Shown piece after piece: positions 25,277 through 35,410 of a stretch of DNA of 53,982 nucleotides. Source of the stretch: an uncultured Clostridia bacterium (GTDB taxonomy: Bacteria; Bacillota; Clostridia; TANB77; UBA1234); assembly GCA_947164995.1 (NCBI GenBank), contig CAMUYU010000004.1:1-53982 (forward strand), written 5' to 3'. Position numbers and translations under genes: made by a program. How positions within the stretch are numbered: position 1 is the stretch's first letter; every line of letters begins with the position of its first letter. The notes below the pieces were generated by a model. The model ran no database searches. It had not been told where the DNA came from and saw only the letters and a program-made list of their open reading frames with translations.

Positions 25277-26860
25277 ATGCCTAAGGGTTACTTAAATTTT
25301 GTATTGCATGCCCATCTTCCTTATGTACGCCACCCAGAAAGCGAACTATATATGGAAGAACGTTGGTTATTCGAAGCAATATCAGAAACTTATATTCCTT
25401 TAATTAAATACTTTCAAAAACTAATTGATGAAAATATTCCTTTTAAAATAACAATGAATATTTCTGCACCACTTATTACAATGTTACAAGATGACGTTCT
25501 TCAGCATCGTTCTCTTCAATATTTAGTAGAAAGACTTTGGTTATCTCACAAAGAAATTAGAAGAACTAAAGGTCATAATGATATGAACAACTTAGCTCAT
25601 TTCTATTATGAAAGATATAAAGAACAATACACAATTTTTAAAAGGCAATACAATTGCAATCTAATTCCAGCATTTAAAAAATTTCAAGATATGGGAGTTC
25701 TAGAAATTGTTGCATGTCCTGCAACTCATGGTTTTTTGCCTCTTCTTAACGTTACTCCAAATGCCTCTCGTGCACAAATTGCAAACGGCATTAAAGTTTA
25801 TGAAGAAGCTTTTGGAAGACATCCAAATGGCATGTGGCTTTCAGAATGCGCATATATTCCAGAATTAGAAGATGCATTAAAAGAATTTGGAATTAGATAT
25901 ATATTTTTAGAAACACATGGTATTACAAATGCAGACCCTACTCCTATTTATGGAACATTAAGTCCTATTATTTCACCAAATGGAATTGCAGCTTTTGGAA
26001 GAGACCTAAAAAGTAGTGAACAAGTTTGGAGTTCTATCACAGGTTATCCTGGTCATCCAAACTATAGAGAATTTTATAAAGACATTGGATTTGAATCTGA
26101 TTGGGAATATATAAAACCATTTGTTGCAAAATCTGGACATAGAGTTGATACTGGTCTTAAATATCATAGAATCACTGGTAAAACAAACAACAAAGATTTT
26201 TATCATCCTGATTGGGCAATGGAAATTGCTGAACAGCAAGCAGACCACTTCATGTATTCTAGAGTAGACCAAATAAATCAATCAGCTCCAAACATGATTA
26301 TTCCACCAATAATTACATCACAATATGATGCAGAATTATATGGACACTGGTGGTTTGAAGGTCCTTATTGGTTGTATGTATTATTTAAAAAGATTCATTA
26401 TAATCAAGATACTTTTGAATTGATTACACCTTCTGAATACTTATCTAAATACCCTACTATTCAGCAATCATCACCAGCTATTTCAACTTGGGGTGCACAT
26501 GGTTATTCAGAAGTTTGGATTAATCCTGGTAACGACTATATGTACAAACATCTTCATGCGGCAGGAGAAAGAATGACCTATTTAGCAAGATGTATTACAC
26601 AACCTACTGAGCTAGAAAGAAAAGCACTTAATCAATGTGCAAGAGAATTATTACTTGCACAAAGCAGTGACTGGCCATTTATTGTTACTATGAATACCAT
26701 GGTAGAATATGCTCACAAGCGATTAAAAGACCATATAGGGCGTTTTAATGCACTTGCAGACATGATAGATAAGCATGAAATAAATGAAGACTATTTAGAA
26801 AATGTTATGTATAAAGATAAGATTTTTCCAAATATAGACTATTCAATTTATGCAAAATAA
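25277..26860 (+). CDS. GH57 1,4-alpha-glucan branching enzyme (DUF1957 type)
   Basis: LHAHLPYVRHP, EAISETYIP, THGFLP, WLSEC, YDAELYGHWWFEG, AQSSDWPF. Confidence 0.93.
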   Translation: MPKGYLNFVLHAHLPYVRHPESELYMEERWLFEAISETYIPLIKYFQKLIDENIPFKITMNISAPLITMLQDDVLQHRSLQYLVERLWLSHKEIRRTKGHNDMNNLAHFYYERYKEQYTIFKRQYNCNLIPAFKKFQDMGVLEIVACPATHGFLPLLNVTPNASRAQIANGIKVYEEAFGRHPNGMWLSECAYIPELEDALKEFGIRYIFLETHGITNADPTPIYGTLSPIISPNGIAAFGRDLKSSEQVWSSITGYPGHPNYREFYKDIGFESDWEYIKPFVAKSGHRVDTGLKYHRITGKTNNKDFYHPDWAMEIAEQQADHFMYSRVDQINQSAPNMIIPPIITSQYDAELYGHWWFEGPYWLYVLFKKIHYNQDTFELITPSEYLSKYPTIQQSSPAISTWGAHGYSEVWINPGNDYMYKHLHAAGERMTYLARCITQPTELERKALNQCARELLLAQSSDWPFIVTMNTMVEYAHKRLKDHIGRFNALADMIDKHEINEDYLENVMYKDKIFPNIDYSIYAK

Positions 26861-26894
26861 AAAAAGAGAAGTGATTAAATCACTTCTCTTTTTT
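26859..26894. terminator. bidirectional intrinsic terminator
   Basis: AAAAAAGAGAAGTGAT...ATCACTTCTCTTTTTT. Confidence 0.9.
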
Positions 26895-26897
26895 ATA

Positions 26898-28394
26898 TTA
26901 TTTTTTAAGCTCTGATAACCTTTGCATCATGGCTGCAGTTTCTGCTCTTGTTGCAGTTCCTGTTGGAGCAATAGTATCTTTTGTTCTACCATTCATGACG
27001 CCAGAACCGATTGCCCATTGAATTGCATCTTTTGCATATTCTGCAACTTCGTTTTTATCTTCAAATGATGATAGGTCTTTCTTTTTACTTATAGAAATCT
27101 TTTGAGTTTTTGCAAACCTGTATAATATAGTAACTAAATCTTGTCTGGTGATGCTAACTTCTGGGTCAAATTTATTATCTCCTACTCCGTTAACAATTCC
27201 CTTTTCAGATGCCCAAGCTATAGGTGATGAATAATACATATTTTCATCAACATCTGCAAACTTTGATTTTTTAGTAGTCTTAGCCTCCGCATATCTATAT
27301 AATACCGTAACTAACATTCCTCTTGTTAATGAACCATTTGGTGCAAATTCATCATCTGTAACTCCCTTAAATAAGCCTTTGTCCACTACATAGTTAACAT
27401 TATCAAAAAACCAATCATCTGTGTCAACATCTCTAAAGTTACTTACTGCTTTTATCTTCCATTGAGCAATAAATGGTCCACCCGCTATTCTCTTATTGGG
27501 AGAAATATCGATTGTATCACCTACTTTAAATATTTTATCATTGGCATCTTTCCAACCAATAAATGTATATCCTTCTCTAGTTTGTGGGAGTACTTTGTAT
27601 TTTCTATAATAACTACTTGTATATCTTCCATTTGGAGTTTCTCCATCATTATTGTAGTTAAATTCCAAAATAACAATTCCATTTGCAATTGCACCATTGG
27701 TTGGAGTGTAACTACTTACTAATTCAAATACTTGGTCAAAGTTTTCTGTATCATAATAAGTAACATCAACTGTTCCATTTTTTGTAATATTTCTAATTAT
27801 ATAAGAACCATCTTCTTCTTGATATAGCACTTTATTATCATACATAACCTCAGCAAGATAATCAGATTTTATAGTAAATTCTAAATTTTCTCCAGCTTCT
27901 ACTTGAACTTTGCCATTTGGTGATACTTCACCCCATTTTTGAGAATCAATAGTAATAGTATATTTTGTTCCAGCCATTATCCATAGTGCTGTAATGCTTT
28001 TTGGAAGACTTTTCCCATCTAAATAATCTCCGACTTCTGCAACACTTCCATCTGAATTCATAAGCCAACCATTGCAAACTTTTTTACCATCAAAATCCCA
28101 ACCTCTAAAAATGTAACCATCTCTAGTAGGAATTGATAACCTATATAAGTAATCAGTTTTTGCAGTGTAATACTTAACACCGCTTCCATCACCCATATTA
28201 ACTTCAATAGTCTTTTCTATAGCTTTTCCCTCAATATGAAGATGTGTATCTACTTCAAATAATTCTTCGATCGATGCTATTCTAGTATCCTTTTCAGGGA
28301 CAGAAATTAAATCAGCATATACACAAGAAAAACATCCAAGCAAAAATACTATGCCCAACAAAAGTAATACAAATTTTTGATTACTCTTTGTCAC
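26898..28394 (-). CDS. S-layer homology (SLH) domain protein with InlB B-repeat-like domains
   Basis: signal peptide, PTRDGYIFRGW and TREGYTFIGW repeats, three SLH repeats (LTRGM, ITRQD, ATRAE); GTG 28394 fits SD AAGGAG (the track calls 28403). Confidence 0.9.
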   Translation of the reverse strand: MTKSNQKFVLLLLGIVFLLGCFSCVYADLISVPEKDTRIASIEELFEVDTHLHIEGKAIEKTIEVNMGDGSGVKYYTAKTDYLYRLSIPTRDGYIFRGWDFDGKKVCNGWLMNSDGSVAEVGDYLDGKSLPKSITALWIMAGTKYTITIDSQKWGEVSPNGKVQVEAGENLEFTIKSDYLAEVMYDNKVLYQEEDGSYIIRNITKNGTVDVTYYDTENFDQVFELVSSYTPTNGAIANGIVILEFNYNNDGETPNGRYTSSYYRKYKVLPQTREGYTFIGWKDANDKIFKVGDTIDISPNKRIAGGPFIAQWKIKAVSNFRDVDTDDWFFDNVNYVVDKGLFKGVTDDEFAPNGSLTRGMLVTVLYRYAEAKTTKKSKFADVDENMYYSSPIAWASEKGIVNGVGDNKFDPEVSITRQDLVTILYRFAKTQKISISKKKDLSSFEDKNEVAEYAKDAIQWAIGSGVMNGRTKDTIAPTGTATRAETAAMMQRLSELKK

Positions 28395-28406
28395 AATAAT
28401 CACTCC

Positions 28407-31400
28407 TTATTTTCCTTTTTCAAAGTCTTTAATAATGCCTTGTGCATTTCTCTTAAGTTTTCCATCTAAAGCATTTACTTTGTCTTTAAGTGAAGTAAGT
28501 TGCTCAGGTGTTAAAATCTTAAGTATTGCTTCAATTTCAACTCTTTGTTCTGTAGAAAGATTATCTCTGCCAAAGATATTTAATGCCTGTTTCATAAGTA
28601 GCATGTCAACACCAGCAATTACTTCTGCGCTATAGCTTGGTTTTGCATTTGGATCTGTAAAGAAATTATCTGCAGATAATGTTCTTTCTTTATAGTAATT
28701 TTCAAGCATTAATTTTTCATATTGCAATAAAGTTTTAAGATTCAATAACTCACTTGGATCTTTTAGTTTCTTATCTTGTAGTTTAATTTCAATTATCTCA
28801 AGCTCTGCTAAATTCTTACCTCTATCGCTAATATACCTTGCCTTTTCCATATCTTCTATAGTTTTATCTATGAAGTAATCTGTAAGTGTAATAGCTTTTC
28901 TTTGTTGTAGCTTTCCTAATAGTTTATCAGATAACTCTGAAGAAGTAATACTTTCAAAAATCTTAAGTAGGTTTGCACCTGTTCTATCTCTTGTAATAAT
29001 TCTATTAAGACCTGCTTTAATAGTTTCTTTTTCATCAACCATTAATTTTTCAACTTCAGAATAATCAAAAGAAGTACTTCCTGATTTATAAGCTTCTCCA
29101 GATTGTCTTATGATAGTAATGATTTGGTCATTAATATCATTTAATTTATTTATTGTCTTCTTTTCACCATTAGTAAGTTGCATTGCTCTAGCAAGACCTT
29201 TTAAGAATTCATCTGTAAATTCAACTGGTTCTTCTGTGTCTTCTTCAGCAACTTCTGCATTTTCTGCTTCCTTACTTTCTTGTTCTTCCATAGCAGCTTT
29301 TTCTTCTTCTGTCATAGTATTAGCAAATGGATTAACAAGTTCCTTTTCTTTCTCTTCTTCTTCACCTTGAAGAACTGCATTAGAGAATATTACTTTTACT
29401 TCATTTTCATTATCGTTTTCAGAAATAGTAATCTCATAAGGTTCTGTTTTTTGATATCTCCAAATTTCGTTTGCATTATAAATAACTTTATTTGCAATCC
29501 TTGGTGAGAACTTAGAGCCAATTTGAGCTTCTTGGCTTTCATTAGCTTTAAGAATATTTCCTTGTTCATCAACATACTTAATAGTAACTCTAGCTTTCTC
29601 TTCTTGATAAATAACAGTTACAATATTGTTGATACTTCCAACTGTAAGATTTAGAGGTTTAACATCAAGCATATGCCATTTTCTATTTTCTTGGTCAAAT
29701 ACAATTTCTTCAGGTGAAGCATTGTATTCAGCGCCTACTTGAAGTGAAACTTTTTCTTCTTCTTTAATAACAATGCCATCCATGTTTACAAATCTTATAA
29801 CAACATCTGCTTTAGCAACATCATAAGAATATGTAAGAACATTTTCATTTGAATTTTCAAAGACAACTACTTCATCTCTCTTAGCATTTACTAATTCCCA
29901 CTCATTTCCCTTTTTATCTTTAATGAATTGGGCAGGCTCTGGATTATATTTTGAGCCAACTTGTAAATGAACTTTTTCTTCATCTCTTAACAAGTTACCA
30001 TCTAAATCTACACAACGAATAATCATATCACTATTAATTGGTTCAAACTTAGCAGTAAATTCGTTTGGAGTCTTACTAGAACCAATAGCTAAGTCTTTTA
30101 TCTTAAGCTCTTCTGGTGATACAGACTTAAATCTAAATAGTTTTCCTTCTTTATCATTAAAGTCTTTTGATATTTCCGGTGTATATATACTTCCTAATTG
30201 ACCTTTTAATTTTTTTGGTTCTGAGATTTCGTTGTCCCACAAATCTACGTAATTTACAAGCACTTCAATAGTTAATGGAATATAGATTAAAGTAATAATG
30301 TTTTCACTGTCTTCCTCACTAACTTCAATAGACTCTCTATCTCTTTCATGATATTCCCAAACACATTCATTATCGTCAGTAATAATAGAATCATATTGTG
30401 GTATAAAGTGACCACCAATTTGACAAAGCTGTGTATATGGCTCTTTAATTTCATCTCCTTTATCATTTACATACTTGTATGTAACAGTAGCTTTTTCTTC
30501 TTCATATGTAAGAAGAACATTGTTTTGATCAACATCTTGTGTAATAACAAAGTCTTTTTGATTCTTTGGATTGTATGCCCATTTGTTTCCTAAAGAATCT
30601 GTAATCTTTGGTGGAACATCTTCACTGAATACTGTACCAATTTGAATCTTTCTAGTTTCTTCAGTTTTGATTTCTTTACCAACACTATCAACATATTTAA
30701 CATGAACTTCAATTAGTTTTGGCTTATATTTAACATATGTTACATTCTTTTCTTCGTCTGCAGAAATTATAATTGGATCAATTTTATACTTAGATACGAA
30801 AATTGAGTTATCTGTACCAAACGCTTGTAACCAGTGTCTACCTTGATCATCAATTACAGTTTCTTTAATCTTAACTTGATATGTGCTACCAACTTGATGT
30901 TGTGATATTTCTGGTTCTACTAGTTCTTCATCTGTTTCAAAATGAACACATTTATCATATACATTAACCATATATTCATCATATGAAACTATAAAATTAT
31001 TTTTATCTTTTTCAGGCGAAATAACTACGTCAAGAGTATTTGATTCTGATACTTTCCAATAAAGTTTCTTAGCATCTTTTAATACTTCCTCAGGAGCTAA
31101 ATTATATTTGCTTCCAATTTGAAGTTTAACTTGTCTATTATTTGCTAGTAGTTCACCTTTATTAGTAGCAAAAGTAACAACAACATCTATCATTTCTTTA
31201 TCATAGAAATAACTAATAATGTTCTCACTTTCATTTTCTTGAATCTTAATTGTATCTCTTGAATTCTTCTTAAAGATCCAGTATTTGCCTTCTTCATCTA
31301 TGATTCTTTCTTTTTGTTTAGCTGAATAAATAGTTCCAACTTGAATTTCTTCTACTTCATCAGTAACAATCTTGTTGTGTTCTGAATCAAAATAAGAATT

Positions 31401-34400
31401 TGTGACATTGCTTAACAAAGGAACGTATTTAATATTAACCTTATTAGGTCCTTCTACGATCTTTAATGTTTCTACATTAATCTTAGAATATTCCCAAACT
31501 TTGCCAATATTATCTGTAACTTTATCAAGAATTACAGGATTAAATGATACACCAACTTGAACTTGTTCAGATTTACTAGATGCTAATTCATTACCATTAT
31601 CATCAATGTACCTTGTAACAACTTCTGTCATCAATGGAACATAGTCTGAAATAACCATATTCTTGGTATCATCTTCGTCAACTTCCAAAGAATGTCTTGT
31701 CATTCTAAGAAGCTTCCATCCCATACCATTTTCTTCAATTAGTTTTTCATATTCTGCAATAGCAATTACATTACCTATTTGCTCTTGCTTAATGACATCT
31801 TCATGAACCAATTGACCAGCTTCATTTTCATATCTTAATGTAACATTAACCATATCTGGTTCATACTTTAGCATAATAATGTTTTCTTGATCATTCTCTT
31901 TGGCAACGATGCTCATTGCTGGCTCGCCACAATATGTCCATCTTAGTTTATTCTTATCAAATATTTTTTGTTGAATATTTGGAACAAATACACCACCAAG
32001 TTTTGTAGTAATCATTATATCATTGATAATTGGTGAACCATCACTGATATTAATACATTTAACAGTAACACGAGCTTTAATTTCATCATATATTAAAGTA
32101 AATCTACTATTTTCTCTAACAAATAATCTTTCAGGCTCAGTTCTTGCAATCATAAGTCGTTCGCCATTATCTGCTGTAACTCTTTCATAAAGTAAAGGAC
32201 TATATTCACTACCAATTTGTCCTTCAACAATTAAATCTTGTTTAATAGTCATTCCGTGGATGTTTCTAAATGATAGTGTAATGTTAACCATTCTCTTTTC
32301 GTATTGAACAATGAATGTATTTTCTTCAATGTGTTTACTTGTTCTAAACGATCTAGCATTAGAAGGAGAAACAATCCATCCTCTTTCATCATCAGATGTA
32401 ATTGATGCAATATAATCTGGTGAAACAAGACTACCTGCTTGAATTCTCATTTGCTTATTAGGTATTAATTCGATACCTTCATCATTAACATACTTAAATG
32501 TTGCCGTAGTGATTAAAGGCTCATATTGATATGTTATTCTGTTTTGAACTTCACTTCTAGAAATCAATAATGACTTTTTCTTATCAATACAAGTCCAAAC
32601 AAGTCCATTACTATCTTCAATTTCACTAATAGTTGCTGGAGTATAAGTTGTACCGATTTGTGCTTCTTCTATAATATCATCTTTAATTCTAGAACCTTGA
32701 TCATTAAGCATAGAAACGATAATTCTGCTTACAACTTTTTCGTATGAAACTATACAAATGTTTTGTGTTTCATCTCTTGAAACTGTAATTTGTTGTCTAT
32801 CAATTCTAGAAAATTCCCAACACTTGCCATAAATATCGGTATAATCTCTTTCAAATTTTGGCGCAAATTGTTTACCAATTTGAACAAAATCAACAACGTC
32901 ATCTTTAATTTTTATACCTTCTTCGTTAATAAACGAAGTAACAACTTTAGCTTTCTTTTCATCGTAGAATAATTCAACTAAGTTTAACTCGTTTTCAACT
33001 ACTGAAATAACACTCTTTGAATCTGTACCAAACTCCCATACAAGTCCATTATTATCAATAATCTCCAAAGGTGGGTCAGCAGCAAAATCTTTTGTAGCAA
33101 TTGCTGATATTTTTTCTTGTGGTTTTAATTCAATACCTGCACGAGTCTTATATGAAATAAATACATCAGTTTTAATAACATCATAAATCAAAGTAATAAC
33201 GTTAGTTGACTCAACATCTGAAATAGCAAGTCTTGCAGGATTGCTTTGATATAAACTCCACTCTACGCCTTGAGTATCAACAAATTTATTTGCTTCAACC
33301 AAATCAAAATTTTCACCAACTTGCATATTTTTAATAACAGGCGGATGAATTTCTTGGCCTTGTTTATTGATGTAGTTAATTCTAACTCTAGCAATTCTTT
33401 TAACGTATCTAACTTCAACCTCATTTTGAGTATTATCAGCTGAAACTTGTATGCTTGGCATTTGATTAGATTCAGTAATCCAATCTCTACCTTGTCTATC
33501 ACTAATAATTGGTATCATTTCTGGAGTATAAATACTTCCAACAACAACATCTCTTACAACATTTTCCTTAAGTGTTTCTCCATCTGAATTTAAATATTTA
33601 ACAACAACATATTTTTCATTAGGATCACGAGGTCTTGAAACAGATGTATTATTAATAGGAGCCATACCAATTTCACCAAATGAAGTCTCTCCATCGCCTC
33701 TTGCAAGTTCAATGGCAGTGCCATTGTACATTTCAACGTCTCTTCCTATGCAAGCAAGCTCTGGAAAATAAAACACAACTTCAACACTTGGAACTGGAAG
33801 CATATCTGTTCCTGAAGCATCCATATCTTTGTATATATATCCCATTAATTGAGGAATAGAACGATTATCTATGATTGTTTCTCTTTTAATAACTGCAGCA
33901 TTGTAGTTAATATTGAAATCTGCTACAGATTGTTTTCTAATAAAGTTTCCTGCAGCATCAGAATAATTAAGCTTATTACCAATTGTAAGGTAAATACCAC
34001 TTAGTTTTTCAACATATCTAAATTTATAACGACCATTTAGATTATTTTCGATAGCATTGTAAAGAATATTTTCAAATTCTTTTCTGCTTTTCATAACAGT
34101 AAATTTATATCTAAGAGGTTCGATATATTCGTAACTTTCTTGAGTATGTTTCCTTATAAAATCTAAAGGAAGAACGATTAACTCTTTATTAAGTTTTTTT
34201 AGAACAGAAGCAACGTATTGACGAGAAACAGCATATCCAACTTCTGAAGAAAATCTAATACTGCATCTATCAACTTCAGTTTTTAAAGCAGGATCTTCTT
34301 TGTAATCTAGAAGGTCCCTATATGTGTTTTTGTTGTAACGTTCAGAAGCTGTATAAATTGCAAGTTCTTCTTGATTAGCTTCGTTAACAATCCATGCATA

Positions 34401-35180
34401 AGTAGGCTTTGTAAGTGAAAAATCTGCACATTGGTTAACCTCAGATAAACGTAAATATGGGTCATTAGAAATATTACCGATTTTTACGCCTGAACCTTTA
34501 TATTTAACTTCAACTATTTTTTCGACATACTCAATACGATTAATTCTTCTATTGATATATTTATAACGATAATTTGTAATTATTTCCGCAAATTTTTGTG
34601 CATTATCATATAGTTTTAAACGTGGATTTAGATTATTGATAAGAATCATGTCTATGACATATTCCGCCATTAAAGAATAAAGAATATCTTTGGCTTTAAG
34701 ATTTGGCACTCTGCCATTAGAAGTTAAAGCTTGATAGTAGTCATTTGCTTCGTTTTCTCTTTCTTCTCCATAAATCTCCTCGTATGTTCTACCAGCAAAC
34801 CTGTAAGTAGCTTCACGCGATGGCGTATAGCAAAGAATAGCAATATTTGCATCTGCTGTTACACCAATAATACATAGCTTATCTGAAAGACTATAATCGC
34901 AAATCATGATTTGACTTCCGACAACAGAAAGTTTGGCAAAAGTATCTACCTTGCCATCGAATACAAATCTATCAATAAAGTTATATGATATATTAAGATA
35001 AAATCTTGGGATATCTGCATTTGGCTCATCAAATTCTATAACCTCAACCTTTTGCATTAATTCCCCTTCAGTATATTTACTAGCATCTACGGTTACTGGA
35101 AAATCGCGAAGTTTTTGTTCAACAAAACCCGCTCCATATCCGAGTGAGACTAGTTTATTCTTTAGTACACGTTTAATCAT
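28407..35180 (-). CDS. 2257-aa protein with about 19 MucBP-like repeats and unknown terminal domains
   Basis: recurring V.V.Y.D..G..I...Q(I/V)G..Y.P....D..G..W units of about 74 aa. Confidence 0.85.
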   Translation of the reverse strand: MIKRVLKNKLVSLGYGAGFVEQKLRDFPVTVDASKYTEGELMQKVEVIEFDEPNADIPRFYLNISYNFIDRFVFDGKVDTFAKLSVVGSQIMICDYSLSDKLCIIGVTADANIAILCYTPSREATYRFAGRTYEEIYGEERENEANDYYQALTSNGRVPNLKAKDILYSLMAEYVIDMILINNLNPRLKLYDNAQKFAEIITNYRYKYINRRINRIEYVEKIVEVKYKGSGVKIGNISNDPYLRLSEVNQCADFSLTKPTYAWIVNEANQEELAIYTASERYNKNTYRDLLDYKEDPALKTEVDRCSIRFSSEVGYAVSRQYVASVLKKLNKELIVLPLDFIRKHTQESYEYIEPLRYKFTVMKSRKEFENILYNAIENNLNGRYKFRYVEKLSGIYLTIGNKLNYSDAAGNFIRKQSVADFNINYNAAVIKRETIIDNRSIPQLMGYIYKDMDASGTDMLPVPSVEVVFYFPELACIGRDVEMYNGTAIELARGDGETSFGEIGMAPINNTSVSRPRDPNEKYVVVKYLNSDGETLKENVVRDVVVGSIYTPEMIPIISDRQGRDWITESNQMPSIQVSADNTQNEVEVRYVKRIARVRINYINKQGQEIHPPVIKNMQVGENFDLVEANKFVDTQGVEWSLYQSNPARLAISDVESTNVITLIYDVIKTDVFISYKTRAGIELKPQEKISAIATKDFAADPPLEIIDNNGLVWEFGTDSKSVISVVENELNLVELFYDEKKAKVVTSFINEEGIKIKDDVVDFVQIGKQFAPKFERDYTDIYGKCWEFSRIDRQQITVSRDETQNICIVSYEKVVSRIIVSMLNDQGSRIKDDIIEEAQIGTTYTPATISEIEDSNGLVWTCIDKKKSLLISRSEVQNRITYQYEPLITTATFKYVNDEGIELIPNKQMRIQAGSLVSPDYIASITSDDERGWIVSPSNARSFRTSKHIEENTFIVQYEKRMVNITLSFRNIHGMTIKQDLIVEGQIGSEYSPLLYERVTADNGERLMIARTEPERLFVRENSRFTLIYDEIKARVTVKCINISDGSPIINDIMITTKLGGVFVPNIQQKIFDKNKLRWTYCGEPAMSIVAKENDQENIIMLKYEPDMVNVTLRYENEAGQLVHEDVIKQEQIGNVIAIAEYEKLIEENGMGWKLLRMTRHSLEVDEDDTKNMVISDYVPLMTEVVTRYIDDNGNELASSKSEQVQVGVSFNPVILDKVTDNIGKVWEYSKINVETLKIVEGPNKVNIKYVPLLSNVTNSYFDSEHNKIVTDEVEEIQVGTIYSAKQKERIIDEEGKYWIFKKNSRDTIKIQENESENIISYFYDKEMIDVVVTFATNKGELLANNRQVKLQIGSKYNLAPEEVLKDAKKLYWKVSESNTLDVVISPEKDKNNFIVSYDEYMVNVYDKCVHFETDEELVEPEISQHQVGSTYQVKIKETVIDDQGRHWLQAFGTDNSIFVSKYKIDPIIISADEEKNVTYVKYKPKLIEVHVKYVDSVGKEIKTEETRKIQIGTVFSEDVPPKITDSLGNKWAYNPKNQKDFVITQDVDQNNVLLTYEEEKATVTYKYVNDKGDEIKEPYTQLCQIGGHFIPQYDSIITDDNECVWEYHERDRESIEVSEEDSENIITLIYIPLTIEVLVNYVDLWDNEISEPKKLKGQLGSIYTPEISKDFNDKEGKLFRFKSVSPEELKIKDLAIGSSKTPNEFTAKFEPINSDMIIRCVDLDGNLLRDEEKVHLQVGSKYNPEPAQFIKDKKGNEWELVNAKRDEVVVFENSNENVLTYSYDVAKADVVIRFVNMDGIVIKEEEKVSLQVGAEYNASPEEIVFDQENRKWHMLDVKPLNLTVGSINNIVTVIYQEEKARVTIKYVDEQGNILKANESQEAQIGSKFSPRIANKVIYNANEIWRYQKTEPYEITISENDNENEVKVIFSNAVLQGEEEEKEKELVNPFANTMTEEEKAAMEEQESKEAENAEVAEEDTEEPVEFTDEFLKGLARAMQLTNGEKKTINKLNDINDQIITIIRQSGEAYKSGSTSFDYSEVEKLMVDEKETIKAGLNRIITRDRTGANLLKIFESITSSELSDKLLGKLQQRKAITLTDYFIDKTIEDMEKARYISDRGKNLAELEIIEIKLQDKKLKDPSELLNLKTLLQYEKLMLENYYKERTLSADNFFTDPNAKPSYSAEVIAGVDMLLMKQALNIFGRDNLSTEQRVEIEAILKILTPEQLTSLKDKVNALDGKLKRNAQGIIKDFEKGK
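29385..33612 (-). repeat. array of about 19 divergent MucBP-like coding repeats
   Basis: counted by eye in the translation from YVVVKYLNSDG to RVTIKYVDEQG. Confidence 0.8.
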
Positions 35181-35210
35181 TATCTCACCTCATATAATAA
35201 GTCACTATAT

Positions 35211-35239
35211 ATTATATTAAAATACTACTTTTTTTTCAA
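35211..35239 (-). promoter_or_regulatory. sigmaA promoter of the giant repeat gene
   Basis: TTGAAA-17 nt-TATAAT on the - strand. Confidence 0.7.
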
Positions 35240-35316
35240 GAAATTTTGCGTTTTATATCTTACATTTATGTTACAAAAAACTAATAAAAAAATAATTTTT
35301 GAGATATCATTTTTAT

Positions 35317-35345
35317 TTGACTTTTACAACATTTTGAATGATAAT
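35317..35345 (+). promoter_or_regulatory. putative sigmaA promoter of glgP-pyk
   Basis: TTGACT-17 nt-GATAAT. Confidence 0.55.
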
Positions 35346-35410
35346 TAATATGATATATTTTATTTTTTTAGCATGAATTTTTATGCGTTTTACCAAGGAG
35401 GAAATTTGTT

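Noticed and set aside
25636-25650. AGG as a general frameshift or reassigned codon
   Set aside because: AGG is read in frame inside intact genes (GH57 AAA AGG CAA; glgP AAA AGG CTT)
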